DNA from: a virus
Lineage: Duplodnaviria; Caudoviricetes
IMG/VR virus record: IMGVR_UViG_3300037882_003153
Span: 1-47,755 of that record
DNA length: 47,755 nt
Reading direction: 5' to 3' (one strand)
This document shows, one piece after another, positions 45,659-47,755 of this stretch; position 1 is the first letter of the stretch, and each line of letters begins with the position of its first letter. The translations under genes and the position numbers were made by a program. The notes below the pieces were generated by a model. It searched no databases. It was not told the origin of the DNA and saw only the letters and a list, made by a program, of their open reading frames with translations.

Positions 45659-46294
45659 TTAGTCCAGATCGGTGAGCGCCGCGATCGCCATCGCGCCGAC
45701 ACTCATTTCGCTGGTGGATACAGTGCTGCTTGCTGACGACTCTTTAGACCCCGCGCCATTTACCCCACTGCTCGGCAAAAATGCTTTGCCGTCGTCAGTG
45801 GCCAAAAACCCATCCACAACCGATTCGAGGGTCTTGGCGCTATCGCCATCGACCACAAACCACTGATCGCCGTCCCGTTGTAACTTGTCGCCATATTCCG
45901 CCTTAAGCGCGTTAAATAGCACCCCTTGGGCCAATACTCGCTTGCTGGACAGAACTCCGCTCAATGCCGATTCGCGGTTGCTGCGCTCAATCGCCGCATC
46001 TTTGTCGGCGATTTCTTGGCGCAACTTTTGCAAGTCGGTTTCGAGGGCTTTGATCGTGGGTCGCACCTTGGATTCGCCGTCACCTTCGCCAGTTTTGGTT
46101 TCGGTAGTTGTGGTTTCTTCCTTCGGCTGAACTGCGGCGATCGCTTTAGCCAAATCTTTCGAGATGGATGCAGCGGTGCCAGAGTTGCGCCGATCGACTT
46201 CAGATAGGATTTTGGTTTCGAGTCCACCAATTTGCGTAGTCAGATTTCCGACCTGCTCAGTGATGTAGGCTGCGAGTTCTTCGATTGTCTGCAT
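45659..46294 (-). CDS. Capsid scaffolding protein
   Basis: Coiled coil, FL.....G.GS C-terminal pattern, upstream of the capsid gene. Confidence 0.78.
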   Translation of the reverse strand: MQTIEELAAYITEQVGNLTTQIGGLETKILSEVDRRNSGTAASISKDLAKAIAAVQPKEETTTTETKTGEGDGESKVRPTIKALETDLQKLRQEIADKDAAIERSNRESALSGVLSSKRVLAQGVLFNALKAEYGDKLQRDGDQWFVVDGDSAKTLESVVDGFLATDDGKAFLPSSGVNGAGSKESSASSTVSTSEMSVGAMAIAALTDLD

Positions 46295-46411
46295 CGTGTC
46301 TCCGCACTAACCCGGCGGTAGGGTAAAGGTTTTATCCGTGAGAAAGCACGGTCTATCCCCGCGATCGTCCGGCTATGATGTATTTGACCTCTTCTATTCA
46401 CTCGAAATCCC

Positions 46412-47089
46412 ATGGCAACAAAATCCATCACCTTCGACGCCGATCAATACATTGATGATTGGCTGGCCCGCAAAACATCTGCCCGCAAAATCGTGGCGGA
46501 AACGGGCCTAAGCCGCTCTAGCGTCCATTCCCGACTAAAAGCCCGGTGCGATGAATTGGGGATTAACTCCGACGGCGGCGAAGGGGTGGGATTATTTGGC
46601 ATCATCCAAACGGAATACCTCAATCCCAAGTCGCGGGAATATAAACGGATGAGTCAGCGAGATCGGGAGAAGGTCGCCGAGTGGGCTGAAGAAAAGTATC
46701 GCGATTTGCTGACGATGACGGGAGATCGGGTCTATCCCACCGCCAAATGCAATAACCGCACCCGCCGCGACACGATCGGATCACGCGATCTGAGCGAGAT
46801 GGCCGATACCAGTTTTGGGCGATTGTGGACTGGCGATTTTGAGGGGGAAGGGTTGATCGAGATCCCGGAATGCGAACCGATCGGGGTCAAGATCTGGGCG
46901 AGACGCGCAGCCCCATTGCTTTTCCCATTGTTTGCACCCCGGATCGATCTTGAGTGTAGAATAATAAGATCGCGGATCCCGGCCCCGTTGCCGCCCGCCT
47001 CACTTCTATTCACTACCCGGATCGCCACTTATGGAAAACGCCAGCGCAATTATCAAGCAGATCCAGCAATACACCGACGAGCCGCCTGA
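46412..47089 (+). CDS. HTH-containing hypothetical protein
   Basis: SARKI...TGLSRSSV.SRL HTH; C-terminal extent uncertain. Confidence 0.6.
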   Translation: MATKSITFDADQYIDDWLARKTSARKIVAETGLSRSSVHSRLKARCDELGINSDGGEGVGLFGIIQTEYLNPKSREYKRMSQRDREKVAEWAEEKYRDLLTMTGDRVYPTAKCNNRTRRDTIGSRDLSEMADTSFGRLWTGDFEGEGLIEIPECEPIGVKIWARRAAPLLFPLFAPRIDLECRIIRSRIPAPLPPASLLFTTRIATYGKRQRNYQADPAIHRRAA

Positions 47090-47642
47090 GATGGTGATTA
47101 GCCAATTGGTTGGCTTTTGGGCCAATTGGCAAAGTTTCGTCAGATCGATCGTGCCGGAATCCTCGGCGGAACTGCCCGATCGGGTAGAGGCCATGGAGCG
47201 CAAGTTCAACCACCTGTTGCTCCAGACGGATCAGAAATGCGCTGAGACGTTACAGCGGGTGGCGGAGGGTGAGCGAACCACCGGAGCCGCGTTGCAACGG
47301 ATTAAGGAGCAGTTTGAGAAATTGTTTGGTGGATTGTCCGATCGGGTGTCAATGGCTGAGATAAAAATTGCTGGGATGGCGACGATCGGGCAAATGGCCG
47401 AAATCCCCGAAACGCCAGCAATTCAGGGGAGTGCGTCTACAAATCACACCCCCAAGCCAACCAAAACCAAAGTCAAACAAATTGATCTTGACGCGCTCAA
47501 TCTGGCCCAATTGCGCCAACTGCTCACGCCCAATGGACTGCCCCAGCGAATTGCGCCCGGATCACGCTATCGCAATCGGAACGAATGCCTTGAGGTGTTG
47601 GGGCAATTGCAGGATGCGGGACGACTTAAATCCAAGGCGTGA
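47031..47642 (+). CDS. Coiled-coil hypothetical protein with small helical C-terminal domain
   Basis: Long ORF; LDALNLAQLRQL motif. Confidence 0.6.
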   Translation: MENASAIIKQIQQYTDEPPEMVISQLVGFWANWQSFVRSIVPESSAELPDRVEAMERKFNHLLLQTDQKCAETLQRVAEGERTTGAALQRIKEQFEKLFGGLSDRVSMAEIKIAGMATIGQMAEIPETPAIQGSASTNHTPKPTKTKVKQIDLDALNLAQLRQLLTPNGLPQRIAPGSRYRNRNECLEVLGQLQDAGRLKSKA

Positions 47643-47755
47643 AGTCTAGCCACTTTGCGGTCACAGGCCCGGTCATCGGTGTTCCAACGTCTAGGATTTG
47701 CTGCATTGCTGTCGCCTGCTCCGAGGTAGGCCATACGCCGGATGATTGCCCGATC

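Larger units (their letters stand above)
1..47755. mobile_element. Myovirus-like temperate phage / phage-plasmid of a probable cyanobacterial host (ends not seen)
   Basis: Terminase, capsid, sheath, tube, tape measure, baseplate, fibres, repressor and replication genes; no host housekeeping genes; strong HIP1 (GCGATCGC) enrichment. Confidence 0.93.

Overview
The window is almost entirely one contractile-tailed (myovirus-like) phage element. The host is very probably a cyanobacterium, given at least 20 GCGATCGC HIP1 octamers counted by eye, DUF2811-like genes and an IS891-like tnpB element. Structural genes lie on the minus strand in two blocks. One runs scaffold-capsid-neck-sheath-tube-chaperone-tape measure-baseplate J/I-fibres (46294->28834). 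The other runs terS-terL-baseplate hub (with GH19 and M23 domains)-gpV spike (7139->65). The middle holds a tandem-HTH repressor with divergent early operons: primase-helicase, two orphan MTases, RusA, HNH, an SF2 helicase fused to a J-domain and an SSB-like protein. It also holds a non-autonomous IS605-family tnpB insertion and a putative origin. No portal, integrase, partition or stand-alone lysis genes were recognised in the window. The most notable observations are: (i) a separately regulated operon of HTH, membrane proteins, an SH3 protein and a membrane-anchored FtsK/HerA ATPase, resembling a Streptomyces Tra/Spd-type DNA-spreading module; (ii) a Tad1-like anti-defence sponge inside the tail operon; (iii) a candidate late-promoter motif GACGATCGC-N4-VTR in front of 8 structural transcription units; (iv) a separate candidate operator at 5 early promoters; (v) a tRNA-like structure in an early leader; and (vi) a methylase with 14-aa tandem repeats. 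All calls come from motif recognition by eye; no searches were run.
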